Shown here: in pieces, positions 1 to 12,738 of the stretch
Layout: the number at the start of each line of letters is the position of its first letter
Numbering within the stretch: the stretch's first letter is position 1
Assembly: GCA_008632985.1 (NCBI GenBank)
Contig: QPGO01000055.1
Span: 186,001 to 223,675, forward strand
Source: Psammoneis japonica
Lineage: Eukaryota
DNA length: 37,675 nucleotides
Direction of reading: 5' to 3'
Translations under genes and position numbers: made by a program
Notes under the pieces: generated by a model
Databases searched by the model: none
What the model saw: the letters and a program-made list of their open reading frames with translations, nothing else
Told to the model about the DNA's origin: nothing

Positions 1-3000
1 ATTCAGATGTGAGTACTGCTTTCGATGTATTCCGTCAATTTGCGGATGACCTCAGGGCTTTCCGAAAGGAACATCATATATCAGCATCGTCGGATCCATC
101 GCAAAACCCGGAGACGATTCACCGAAGAATTGACAGACCATCCCGGGATGGCGAAAAAACAGATACGACCGGATCTCTTTCTGCAATGGCGAATCTTTGC
201 GTAACCAGCGACGGCCTGGAAGTCCTTGTTGTTGACGACAGTGGCAGACATTTTGCCGGTGCACAGGCCTTGACTCTCTTCTCGATAGGCTGTATCTCGT
301 TTAGTCGAACGAGGCGCAGTCAAGAGCACGATGTCTATGTACCTTCCGATGCTGAGAACGTTTCTTCAGATCTACGGCCGGCTGTATTTACCAGCTTTCA
401 AATTGCTTCTATCATTATGCTTGACTGTTTGCAGCAGCCTGAGTCGAAGTTTCGAGTAATCGCGACCAGTCATGTTTCCCCGTCGGAAGGGAGGAACATG
501 TCTGATGCTGACGTCGGCGTGGTCGATGGCACACAGCACAATCATACGACACCTAGAAGTTTCAAGATGAAGTGGGCTGATTTTTGTTGTGTTCGAGACG
601 AGATATGGGGTTTTATTGAATCGCCTTCCTTTTTGGAAAGGGTACGATGGGCTTGGCAAGGAGAAGTCGCTTCAGACTTGAGTACGGCATCAAAGCGTTC
701 AGGAGAAAAACCTGTAGACAGTTTTAAGCTGGTGGAGGTGACTGTCAAAAGTGACGTTTCAACTCAATGCGACGTGAAACTCAGATCCTTTAAGCTCCAA
801 TGGAATCCTTCCACTGTAATCGCTCTCCAAAGATTTCTCGGGAGGCTCAAGAAAGAAGCGAAGGCAAAGTTCGCGACAGTGGAGCACGCGCAACCACAAA
901 ACGCCAGTGTTGCACAATACAGAGAAACTGCTGTGGGTACGAGCGCTACAGTTGTGGACGTCTCCTTTGAGTCGCTGTCTCTCTATTTGAATAAAGAGCA
1001 TCAGAATAGGCGGGTATTAGAAGCAAGCGTCAAAGGGACAAAATTACTTCTTGAATGTAAAAATGGCATTGTTTGTTTGAATGCTTCGGTGAATGATTTT
1101 GGTGCTTGGGATCCTGACGACTATGCTTCAAGGCGTTCCCTCGGGATCCAACCCAGCAATAGGGAACTCGTGCACGTCATCGATGGAGAGCGTGGTGATA
1201 AAATGGAGAAACAGTTTCTGAAGGTGCGTTACAAGACATTTTGGGAATCAAGTCCTCGTCAACACCTTGGCGTTCTTCCCGACTGGGTTTTATCGCACGG
1301 TGATCCTACACCAGCAAATATCGACGATTTCCTAAGCATTTCAATCGCTTCTCTTCGACTTACATATGTTCGCGAACGTACCGAGGAGATTTTGGACTAT
1401 CTATCCAACGGTCTTCCTGGCAAAGGTATGGGGGCTACGTCTCGGGCTGCAAAAACATTTATCAACAAAAGGATACAAACAAGAAGCTTTCTTCAACTTG
1501 ATGTACGCGCCCCTCAAATTGTTATCCCTCGCCACGAGAATTCTCGAAGTGGCGTGGTTCTTCGCCTAGGTACGCACTGAAGTAGCACTCTCTATAACTT
1601 TTTTCGTTTTCATAACGGTCTTTCATGTCTTTACTTGCAGGGGATGTCGGAGTAAAGAGCTGGTTTGAAGGACGCGTTAATGTCACACAGAGCGACTCGG
1701 ATCTTTCGGATAGGCCAAACGAGTGGTGGCGTGTCCTAACTGTGTCGGCATTGGGTATTGGTTGCAGCATGCTCGAAGAGCAAGCCCCTAGAGACCGTGA
1801 CGTAACAAAGAAAGAGCTCGTCGATCTTCAACTGACATTGCGCAAACCCACATGGTATGAACGAACTATCAGCATTCGGGGCGATTTGACCTCTTTAGAT
1901 CTTGCGTTGAAATACACTGATTATCTGTTGCTTCGAGCTGTGCTTCGTGAGAACGTGGGGCGAGATATTGATACGACGTGCTGGGATAATGTCGAGAAAG
2001 CGTACGGCTTGGAGACTGGTAACTTAGAACGGAATGACGACAATGAATTCGCAGGCGACGTTTCCGCAACTCATCATCATGCATCAAATGCTGACCACAT
2101 CGCCTATGCCTCTGGTGCTCGCTTCATTAGATATGGCAAGAAAACGGAGATACGCAGACTTTGCCCAGGCAACAAATTTACCAAAGAAGGACCAGCAAAG
2201 AACGCTCCATTACAGTTAGAAACAACAGAGCGCATACTCGACTTGAAAATAAACTTGAAGGGTGTCTCTGCTACACTCTGCCGTGACGATGCAATCGACG
2301 AAGACTTAAACTACGACGTGGTGCTTTTTCGAGTGCAGTTTCTCGAGATGGTCGTAAGCACAAATTCAATCGGTGAAAAATCTTTCCATTTGTCTCTTTA
2401 CCGATTAATACTGGTCGATCTCGGCGATGTCGGTCGTTGTCGTCGGGACGTTTTGGCGTATGGGGCCTCAGAATCTGTTGGTACCACGAAATCTTGTGCG
2501 TTTTGCATCCTTGCTGAAGGACATTCGACAGGGAATGAGCGGAAAGAGCAGCAGAGTCTCGAGCCATCGGAGAGCGAGGACCCAGAGCTTCGTCTTTCCC
2601 TGTCGCAAGGAACCAAGTCTTTGTGTAAGATAGAAGTGTCGATAACATTTGACTACAAAGCTGTCACTAACACGTTCTTGTTTCCCTTTCTCTCTATGTA
2701 GCTGATGCCACCGGTGACGTAGCAACCAAGGTTACAGAGCTGCAATTGGTGGTGAATCATCTGAGTTTAAACGCGCTTATTCGTCCTCTGCGCGAGGTAG
2801 TGTCGTTCTTGACGTGCTCCTGGCCCAGTGAAAGAGTGGCGGGCATTGATGACACCACTCCGTACTTTTTGGCCGAACATTGCGCTGCAGTCCCCGATGG
2901 CAACGCTCTGAACAGCTCCTTCCAGGTTAAGCTTGTGGCGCATTACCCAAGAGTATTCTTCGTTGCTGATGAAACAGAGCATCACTCAAAGGCACTTGTT

Positions 3001-6000
3001 CTGCGCGGGTACGCTCTCTGTGTGTATTAGTGGCAATGCCTTTTTTGCTCTGTAACCCTTTGAATATATTGACAACTTCACCGTTGCAATCTCCTACGTT
3101 GTTATTTTGAACTTCAGGTTAGCTGTAGTGAATACCAGGATTGAGAAGCATTCGTTGCCACTGAAATACATCGAAGGGGACACTGCCTCGCGAGATGTCG
3201 AAGTAACAAGAACCATAGACGCGCACTTCCATAACATTGAGAGCTATGTCAACGCTGATGTCGGAGACACATTGGGCGTGAAATCCAGGCATTTGACCAT
3301 GCTCCCTGCTGGCACAGCATTCCGTGTCGCCTCTTTTGTGACACCTGAGGAAAAAGAAGAGGTTGCGGAAGAGAGTAGCTTGGGCATTGCTCTAATGAAG
3401 CCGGTGTCTGCTGGGCTGGAGTGCTGCCAAACTGACCGCGATGATTTTCCGACCGAGCGTTCAGCTTCTCTGCACATGGAATCAGTATCAGTGATGTTTA
3501 GTTTTGAAGACCTTACTCTTTTTAGAGCTGTTATTCAGCGCTGGTCGGGGAGGGTCGCAGCAAAGGACGGTGGAGATGCTTTGAGTAAGAAAAAAGAAGT
3601 TAGTGGCCGCGACTGTGGCGTCGACCATCGCCTCTATACTCTGGAGTTACACAGTGGCAGGCCGAGTGGTTTGATTATCGAAAAAAGTACTTGTGGGGAC
3701 TTCCCCATTATCGTCGCAGTCTCGCGAACTCTCCTTGGCGCTTCTCTCAAATCAAATAGCTCGCCATCAGAGAACTTGCAACCGATCGCTTATCCAAAAT
3801 GTGGAGCTGCAATTGTTCGTTTTAATGGTGAAATAACTACAGAGTCGGGATTCGATGAGGTTCTATCTCAACTACTTGTGGCCGAGACAGCAGATCCTTC
3901 TGACGCCTCCCCACCCATTTCGGACAGTACGTACACAATCACGCTTTTAGAAATGTGCTCATGGGGAAATCACGACAAACTCAACGTCACAGTCAAGGCC
4001 GTCAGGGTGACATTCATCGACGACTTTCGGGGTCGGGATATGCCGATGTTTCGGTGCAATTTGAAAAGTAGCGAAATTAATTGGGAACGTGGACTTGGGA
4101 TTGTCAATCATGCCAGCGGTGATGCTGAATCGATCTCCTTCCCGGAGCGCCCTCCCCTTGCAACAAACAACACGTCAGATCAGACACCAGAGGGGGGCGG
4201 ACCGCCGCGATTCTTCTACAGGGTTGACGTTCTTGTTAAACCACAGATCGATTACTATCATCCTCGTAACTCTGTTTGGGAGCCATTGCTGGAATCATGT
4301 CAGCTTTCAATGTTTCTCGAACAGTATTCAGCAACTGAAAGCAGCCCTCGATGTCTTTCTTTGGTGCTATCTGATGGCGTGCTGTGCGAGGAGATGTCGG
4401 CGGCATCTTCATACTCTCGTCCGACATGCATTGACATATCAGATTCGGCTTCTGAGGTTGTTCTTCGGTCCATTGCGGAGTGGAAACAGTGGCGGGAAGG
4501 AAATGATAACTCAGGGCAAAATCTAAACGGGACATCGTCGACGAGAAAATCTAATACAAGTTCGGAGACAGGCACCAGTAGAACATATAGAAGGAAAGAG
4601 AAGAAGATCGAGTCCACCAGAATTACAGCAGAGGCAGCTCTCTCTTTCGCACAGAAGCGCGGGGCCAATAAGCAAAATACTAGGGACTCGGCGAAACCGT
4701 TCGTTTTCAGAAACAGGACAGGTATGCGAATCGCATTTGCTCAAGAGAATGGTGCAGGTATTGTGGCGACCGGTGAGGAAGGATCTCCCTTCTCGCAGCG
4801 ATTCCTTGGTTCAGACTTTGTGGAAGTGGAAGATGGAAAAGATATGCGGTTTGATCTTCATTTCCTTGTTCAAGGCACTCAATCATCTTTGCGTCCCAGA
4901 GGTCTCGCTATTCCAGAAGGCACCACAAAAATACGAGCGTCTGATGGCCAGCTCCCACTTCTAGTGGTGGCGCTTGAAAATGCATCTGGAATGAAATCCG
5001 ATTTCATTCGTGGTCTTCCCGTTTCAAAAGCAGGCAGCTTCACGAGGAGCATTCGAATAGTAATTAGTGGAAGAGCCCCTTCTGTCGTCCGTGTAGTTTG
5101 GAGGGTTGACATCAAGGACAATCGACGAATCATTACTCTCAGCAGCGCCGTGAGAATCATTTCGCTGGGGCTAGCTACCGATGTTGGGGTCGGTATTAAA
5201 TGCACCAATGCTACGTTAGATGGAATGCCCTTTGAGAGAGAAAAGAAGGGAGGAATTGAAACCGATGCATCAATCAGATGTATTGGTTATGCAAAACCCG
5301 GCCTCCCCTTTTATCTTCCGCTATGGATTTCTATACAGTGTGAACAGGTATCAGTGTTCCTAACGCCTATTGCTGGCAAAAGGGAAGATATGCATACTTT
5401 AGAAGCTTCCGAATCAAATCAACTCAATGCTAAGTTTTGTTGGGGAGGGAAAAGTGTTCTTGAATTTTGTCGCAATGGAGACGAATATACACATCGCGAA
5501 GACTTGGCGAACGCACGCGGTGAAGAACGGCAGTGGGAGTGGCGAGCAACATTTGACCCGGTGTGCAGCGTTCGCTGTGACGTTGTGAACAAGGTTGAAT
5601 TCGCCTTTCCGGCAGCGTATTTATCTTGCTATCTTTCACACCAGATGTCAGACACAGTCGCAACAGGAAAATATATATCAATTTCTGTTGACGCTGGAGT
5701 TACTCTGCGAAACCTACTGCCGCTCAGTTTAGATTGGGAAATAGCGCACAGGCCATCAAAGCATTCTGCGGCTGTCCGGCTGGATGGATCCACAATGCGA
5801 AAAGAGGTGTTGGAGGAAGATCGAGGTGCTCTTTCTTGTTCCGTTTCGGACCCTATGTTGGAAGAGAAGTGCTTACTTGCAAGCGGTAACTATGCTGAAG
5901 TTTTTTCTTGCGATGTTTCTTTTATGAACATCTACCTACGATGTCGTTGCAATTCGTTGCAATCCTGGTCAGAATGGGAGCCCCTGACTGATTGCTCTTC

Positions 6001-9000
6001 GAATAATGATGTCCACGGTAGCTCCTCTGATAGTTCGCACAATCTAAGCGAGAAGCCCTCCTCAGGTAATGCGAATCATCTCGTCACTAATTTGCTTTAT
6101 GTCGGTCACTAACCTGTTCGCTACATTCTCTTCCTTAAAACAACACAAGAATGTCCCCGTCAGACTAACGTTCAACTAAAGGACGAGTTCGGCACGCCGC
6201 TGACTTTAGGAGTGAGAATATTCGCTAAGCCGCTAAAAGAAGTGCTCCATCATTCATTACTTGGAATATACGTTGTAATTTATGCGGATATTTGGCTTCG
6301 GAATTCAACTGGCCTTCCTCTCTCTTTTGGATGCCCTTCATCTCAGCTGTTTTCTATTCCTAATGGTACATCGGCCAAACGTGAAGATGAAAAGGACAAA
6401 GGTGATGAAAAGGTGGCTGCAGAGACAACGCTACGGGAGATCGCAAGCGTTCTGGAGCTCGGCGACAAAGGCAAAGTTTTGAATCACCCTTTGCAAAATG
6501 GCGCAAGCGTCCAAGGTGATTTGTATTTCTTACCCTTTCAATCCTCTCCTATTTGCGAGGAAGTTTTTGAGTACATCGAGACTGAGAGCTCCACTGTCAA
6601 ACGCAGATGGTGGGCATCAGAAAATCACGGCAATTGCAGGGAGAAACCATCTAGCTTCCCAGAGCAAGGCAGCGATTGGCGGTGGATTGACAGTACTTGG
6701 GTGGGTCAGTCATGTTCAACTTGTGGTAATTTTTGTCGAACTCTAACTTATTTTCACCGCACTCTTGCTTTCAATAATCTAGATGATTGATTGCACGGGC
6801 CAGGCGAAAGAGCATGAGGGTGGATGGGAAAGTTGCCGCAACCTTGTTGGAGAGACGGGCAGCACTTTTTCGTTGACCAGAACTTTCAACCCGATCCACC
6901 GGTTTCGTCGTCGACGATGGTTTCGACGGAGGGTCCCGTGTGCAAGTGGTGGCGATAGCTTCGTCTCTGAGAGCGGATTTCTTCGGGGTGGCCTTTGTGC
7001 CTTTCACCAGCCTGTCGTGGACGCGTCATCGAAAACTCAGCAGAAACATTCGCGTCAAGTATATGGTGGAAGCGACAGTCAAGATGACGCAGGGAGGAGT
7101 TCATCGTTTGATAGGAATAGTTCGAGGAGCATTGAGATTGGGGTCAAATGTGGTGATGGCCAGTGGAGTGTGGCTGTCACACCCGAGCAAGGGGCAGGTT
7201 ACGGCTTTGTTCGAGTTTTTTCTTCAAGGTGGCCAACTCTCACAAAAATTTCACAAGGTGTGCAGAAAGATGATGTCAGTACCCCTGCTGGTGCGCTGCT
7301 CACTACAGAAACCTCCTCCTCTGGCTTATCCGACGGTAACCGACTCTGTTTCAAGCCAGGCAACCTAAAACCAATGGTTCACGATTTGGTTTATCAACTT
7401 TCTGACTTGAGGGGTGAATGGGACGACTTCTCTCGCTTGATGGTACTCACCCCTAGGTTTCTCGTACGTAATGATTCAAAATCATTGACTTTTGAAGTAA
7501 AACAGGTCGGAGCTGCGAATGACACTGCGTCTGCAGTGGGACCGGGGCAGGTCGTACCTTTCTATTGGTCTGATATGCGCCTGCCAGAGCTTGTCAGTGC
7601 ACGTCCGCTTTTTGATCGCCCGGATGGAACTAGGTTCTTCAGATGGAGCGGTGGAATCGATATCTGCAGTCTAGGTATGACTGCTATTCGCGTTCGGCCC
7701 AGTCGTAAACCTTCCACGTCCGCGACTGCTCTCAATACGAAAGATGACGATGATACGTTGAAACTAAGGTCGCTAAAGTCGGTTGTTGAAATCCGATCGG
7801 GCACTGGGGGGATTGGGATCAACATTTCTTTCAAAGAAGAGGATAGGAAAGGCAACGGTTCCCTTTTTAGAGTCGAAAACCTGTCGCCTTTTCCAATATG
7901 GGTTGCACAGGATGGAGTCCTAGCAAACCCAGCATCAACCCTTAGAAATTCATCGTCTCTATTTCCTGGAGATATGGCGAGAGATTCATCTCGAGATGAC
8001 CATGCGGAGGTAGATGGAGACTTAGTTCCATCAATGAGCCAGATTCCGTATGCGCTTGACGTACCATATCGCCAAGGAAAGTACACTGGAAGAAAAGCTG
8101 CAACAATGACAGAGTTGCTTCGGGTCCGCGCTGCTCTTGCCCCACTTTCTAGCAGGGAGGGCATCGAATCAACAAAAGTAATTGGTTTCGGAAACGTTGG
8201 TTGGTGTGTTAGGCTCAACCCAACTAAACTCACAAGCACTCTTGACGACGCGATGGTGAGAGATCTCAATAATGTGCGGGTCTTAGGGGTGATAACGACG
8301 GATGGCCCTACGCGGGTGCTCAGATTCTCGTAAGTGCTTGTGTGCTTGTCAACTGCTGGGGCTAACAATGTTGCAGGACTTCGAAGAGGTGATTCACCGT
8401 GTTGGCTGACGTCTTTCTATTTTCAGCCTGATGGAGAAACGTGATTCAGACAATGTGTTTGCTGGCGCCGTGCACCGCAAGGCTCCATATTATGGTGCTT
8501 CTTCCGCAATAGGCTATGCGAATCAACAAACCACCGTAAATGCTGCAGTCCACACAATCGCACTAGCCAAGGCGAACAGGTTGGTATCTGAAGAGGAAGC
8601 CAAAAATCTATGTTTCTCGGGGACTGGTCTCGACAAATTCATCGACCACTCTGATAATCATGTTGTGGAAAGGACTCAGGCGAGAGAACACGGAAAGGAC
8701 GACGTTTACTTCCGCTTTCGAGCGTCGTTTGGCTCTTTCGTACTCAGTTTAATCGATTCCGCACCGTCCGAAATAGCTGTAGCCACGTTGCGAGACGTGA
8801 ATGTTGTCGCCAACGGCAACTTGGCTCGATCAGACGACGCGTCTGCTATTATCTCGGTAGGGTGGCTCCAGGTTGACAATCACATCCCGAATGCGCCGTT
8901 TCCTGTCGCTATCTGCCCTGAAGAACCGGTTCAAAACGGTGAAAACGACGAATACGTTTCTCCCGATGCCGTCTCTTCTCCTTTATTGCTTGTTGGTCTG

Positions 9001-10814
9001 GAGTTTGCACCGAAACATAAGTCGGGAATCCTGGTAAGTACTCTCACGTCTTACTCGCCCTTCCTTCTGTGAACGTTCTTACATCTCTGTTTCCCGTTTC
9101 TAGTGCTTGCGTTCTGCGACAATTTCTCCGAGTAATCTAGCCATTGCCATTGATCTTGCTACAATTGTGCGGTTCTTGAATTTCGTCAATTGCATAAAGA
9201 ATCACGCCACCGATATAATGGCCGAAGCTGAAACGAGTGAGGCACTCATGGGTCTCCTTGCCTTAGATGTCCAATACGAGAAGCTCCCAACATTCCCCGA
9301 CCTTGAATCGATCTATTGCATGCTTGAGGATGCGGGAAAAGCCGACGTAAAACGTCAAAAGATTTACTTTGAGGGCCTAAAAATTCTTCCTTACAAAATC
9401 AGGTTGAGTGTTGCGCCCTCTCGAGCTTTGTCACCGGCCCAGGCCGCCGTGGAAGGTCCTGAAGCTGCGGCTATTCACACAGCCGTTAGACGAGGGGACT
9501 TGCTAATCGGAGACGAGGGCAGCGTCCTTGGTGTTCATGTCGGAGGAAGGAACAAAACGGCTATTGCCGTGGTTAGAGGCGTTTTCAAAAGCATTCTCGT
9601 TGACGCAATTCTTAGGTGTGATGGCGCTTCCATGAAGTTTCCAGGGGTCGTCCTCCGCAACCACATTTCGTCAGGCTCACAACTAAAAACATTTTTAGCG
9701 GCGCATTATCTTGCTTCTCTTCGCAAGAACCTGCCTTCTCTCATTGGGTCGCTTGCTGCTTTTGGCAATCCCTTAGGTTTAATTCGTGGCCTTGGCGATG
9801 GTGTAAGGTAAGTTCCAGATTACAATGAGAGTACTTCTTCAGTTCCTGACACGCGATTGCCGTCCTGCCAGTGATTTTGTCAATGAACCGGTGAAAGGAC
9901 TGAAGAAGAGTGTTAAAGAACTGGATCCCACTTTCGTTGTGGACGGCGTGGCTCGTGGAACAGAGTCGTTGGCGCGACACACGGTCAGCGGATTTGCAGA
10001 CTCTGCAGCTCTCTTGGCGGAGACGTTGGCGAGAAACATGACTATAATGACTCTAGATCGCCGATATGCCCAGCGCCGTGATCGCAAGATTGCACCACGA
10101 TCGGAAAGGGAGAACACCACCACCTTTGTGGAGGGCATTGAAAGTGGCGTTGCCAAGCTAGTTCGGGGGGTGCTGGAAGGTGTCACTGGAGTCGTAAAGG
10201 CACCGCTACGAGGAGCAGAGAAACGCGGCGTGGAGGGGTTTGCCAAGGGAATAGGAAAAGGACTCTTGGGCTTATTGGTAAAACCAATGATTGGGATTTC
10301 GGATGCTGCCACGGATGTAATGCTTGGTGTGAAGGGAAGCATTGATGGAGGTGGTAAGACCTTGCAGCGCACCGGAATTCATAGAGAGCAAGTGCGCCCT
10401 CGACGACCTCTGTACGGGCATAATAGTCTCCTCCGACCATACAATCTTGCAGACGCTGCCGCCTGTGCTCTAATGATGAGGACGCGACTAGCAGGAGAAA
10501 AATACTGGAATCACTTTGATCTGGAAGACAGGGTTGTCCTCTTGAGTGTGAAGCGTTTGCTGATGTTGGGACAAGGAGGCGAGGAGCTGCTCCTTGTGAG
10601 CTATGGGGACGTCATTGATGCCAAAGTCCACCAATCCAATATCGACGCAGAAGGAAATGCTGAGTGGAGGATCCTTATATTCCTGAAGGACCCCTCGAAC
10701 AGCGGAAACGTTGTGGAACGAATCACTTGCAAAGACGAAGATCAAGCGTTGGAACTGTGTGGAGCAATAAAACAAGGGATTCGACTCTACGTTGATGATG
10801 TGGGTGTCGTCTGA
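1..10814 (+). CDS. VPS13: VPS13-family bridge-like lipid transfer protein, 5'-truncated by the window. Exons: <1-1569, 1641-2624, 2702-3008, 3118-6065, 6150-6700, 6783-8329, 8427-9033, 9104-9807, 9872-10814
   Basis: Nine consecutive + ORFs join in frame across eight GT..AG introns of 64-109 nt (phase checked at each junction). VPS13 hallmarks include DYYHPRNSVWEPLLE, VAB/SHR-BD-type repeats (TPRFLVRNDS..VPFYWSD..WSGGIDI; FRVENLSPFPI), LQVDNHIPNAPFPV, GSLAAFGNPLGLIRGLGDGVSDFVNEP and GVTGVVKAPLRGAEKRGVEGFAKGIGKGLLGLLVKP, followed by a PH-like C-terminus. Stop is TGA at 10812-10814. Confidence 0.95.
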
Positions 10815-11650
10815 AATCATGCCCTCTATTGCCTTACAATACTCACTAGTAGGTGCTCTGCCATACCGCAGAAGTGTTCGACCTGGTATGTTCCCATGTC
10901 CCGATGCTGCTGTTTGTATTCTTCGTCCTGTGGTATCTCACACTCTAGGGCCCTAGTTGTTCCTTTTGAGGCGTCAGACCAAGGCTTATTTGGAGCTAGG
11001 AGAAGCCTTCGTGAAGGCTCGGAAAGAAGTGAGTAAGAATGATGAATTTCCGAGTCGCGTTTTCGAGCCGCCCGGAACGCCACGATCGAAGAGCGAGATC
11101 CAGACGTTGCTTACACAGAAAAGACTGATCGATTGGGAAGGAAGGCTTTCCTCTACGTACGGGATTGATGGAGAATGCAGAAATAATTTTGTCGAAGAAT
11201 AATTTATTTGCTCCCGACGACTGCGCGCAAACAAGACGTGATCGAAATCTTGGCAATGCCTGTTTTAAACGATGGTGACCCGTAGTGCAGATGCGACGAC
11301 GATAACAAAACGAACAGAGGGCCAACGGAGAACGAGTTTCTTGAGGCATTTTGATCACAAGTTGAAAAGGCGGACTCTTGACAGGTGGTGGTTTCAGGTC
11401 TTTTTGTTCAATGTTGCCAGACGATAGACAAGCGTGTTAGCAAATGTGTTTAAATTGAAACGACTTCGCTCTACAATACGTCATGATTGTGGCATTTAAA
11501 GCACAGGCAAAGCAACGGTGCTCTGGACGCCTATTACCTTACCAGAACCTCTACTAGAGCTAGTATTTCTACTCAAGAAGTAGCAGAGCGCAGAAACGAT
11601 TACGTATTACGGTAAGCTCTATGCTAACTACTAACCACCGTAACTGCTGG

Positions 11651-11785
11651 TCCGGTGGAAATTCTTGCGACAAGGGGAAGTTCTGGCCAAACTGCGATTT
11701 GGAAATTCTTGCGGCAAAATCCGGTGGAAATTCTTGCGAAAAGGGGATTCGGCGAGAAATTCTGGCCAAACTGCGATTTGGAAAT
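11651..11785. repeat. Short imperfect direct repeat (two ~65-bp units) upstream of the small zinc-finger gene
   Basis: tccggtggaaattcttgcga..aagggga..ttctggccaaactgcgatttggaaat occurs at 11651 and 11720; the sub-motif ggaaattcttgcg occurs three times. Confidence 0.85.
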
Positions 11786-11982
11786 ATTGTTCCTGGGCAA
11801 TGACAGGAATCAGGAATCTTCCTACGGTAGCAAGCGTGCTGCCTAAAGAGCGATGCGCTCGGTGCGCGGTGCGGCCACCATGGGCAGCATGGCCTTCAAT
11901 CCCGCGGCGCGTTGCTTCAAGAGCAAGGGAAAGCACGAGTAAAAAGCAAAACACAAAACGAACAACATACCCCTCGTTCACC

Positions 11983-12312
11983 ATGTCAAAGACGGATGGA
12001 AAGTTTGATACAGAACCCGAAATTGCTGTAACCGCAGAAGCGGTACCAGCGGGAGGAGGTCAACAGGCAGGCAGCATCCCACCCGGGCATTCCCGCTTTT
12101 ATTGTGAAAAGTGCCGTGCGGTATGTTTTGGCTGTGTATTTCGAATTGCTGTATTGTACGCTGAAAGTAAACTTACCTTTATTCATTCTTTTTTATGAAC
12201 GTAATTGCAGCCATATGACTTACCAAACAAGGCCACAAGTTGGAGATGCTCAAACTGCTCGACTTTCAATTCGATTACTCCGGGAGAATGCGAATGGTGT
12301 TCTATCTTGTAG
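11983..12312 (+). CDS. 79-aa cysteine-rich zinc-finger protein with C-terminal CaaX (CSIL). Exons 11983-12120 and 12211-12312
   Basis: ATG in ccATG context; phase-0 intron GTATGT(12121)..TTGCAG(12210). The spliced product ends ..FYCEKCRAPYDLPNKATSWRCSNCSTFNSITPGECEWCSIL* (TAG 12310-12312). Confidence 0.85.
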
Positions 12313-12738
12313 AACGTTAACGACGTTTTGTCGTTTGTGGGTTCATTTGTTGAAAGGGCTTATTAGTACTTTGAGACTGTAGTTGATATGTTTGGTTTGA
12401 AGCAACCGTGTTCATGACCGTTTAAACTGGAGATACGGGAAAACGCGAAACAGAAGTGTGCAGTTTGCGTAGCGCTTTTATGCTAGAGAGTGGGATGGTT
12501 GAAGTATGGGCGGTGTGGTTGTCCGTTGTAGGAATTCAGCCCCCCTTTTTTAGCTGATTCTGTTATCGCGATATACTGTGTTTTCTTCAACTGTGATCTG
12601 TGATCTCTTTGTGAGTTTGCCTCGAAGGCTGGACTGCACTAACCGTTCATTCACAGTCACGAAATATTACAGATACCAGTATTGCTTTGACTAGCTTTAT
12701 CCTCGCCTCATTAGATATTTATGCTGATTTACACACCA

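Noticed and set aside
7562..10372. Long antisense ORFs (7562-8368, 9839-10372) in VPS13
   Set aside because: Shadow frames of a strongly coding sense strand with no independent motifs.
11651..11785. CRISPR-like array
   Set aside because: Only two imperfect units, no unique spacers of regular length, eukaryotic context and no cas genes.
11665..12198. 177-aa ORF upstream of and overlapping the small gene
   Set aside because: Its N-terminus translates the tandem repeat. The real gene most likely starts at ATG 11983 and splices at 12121.
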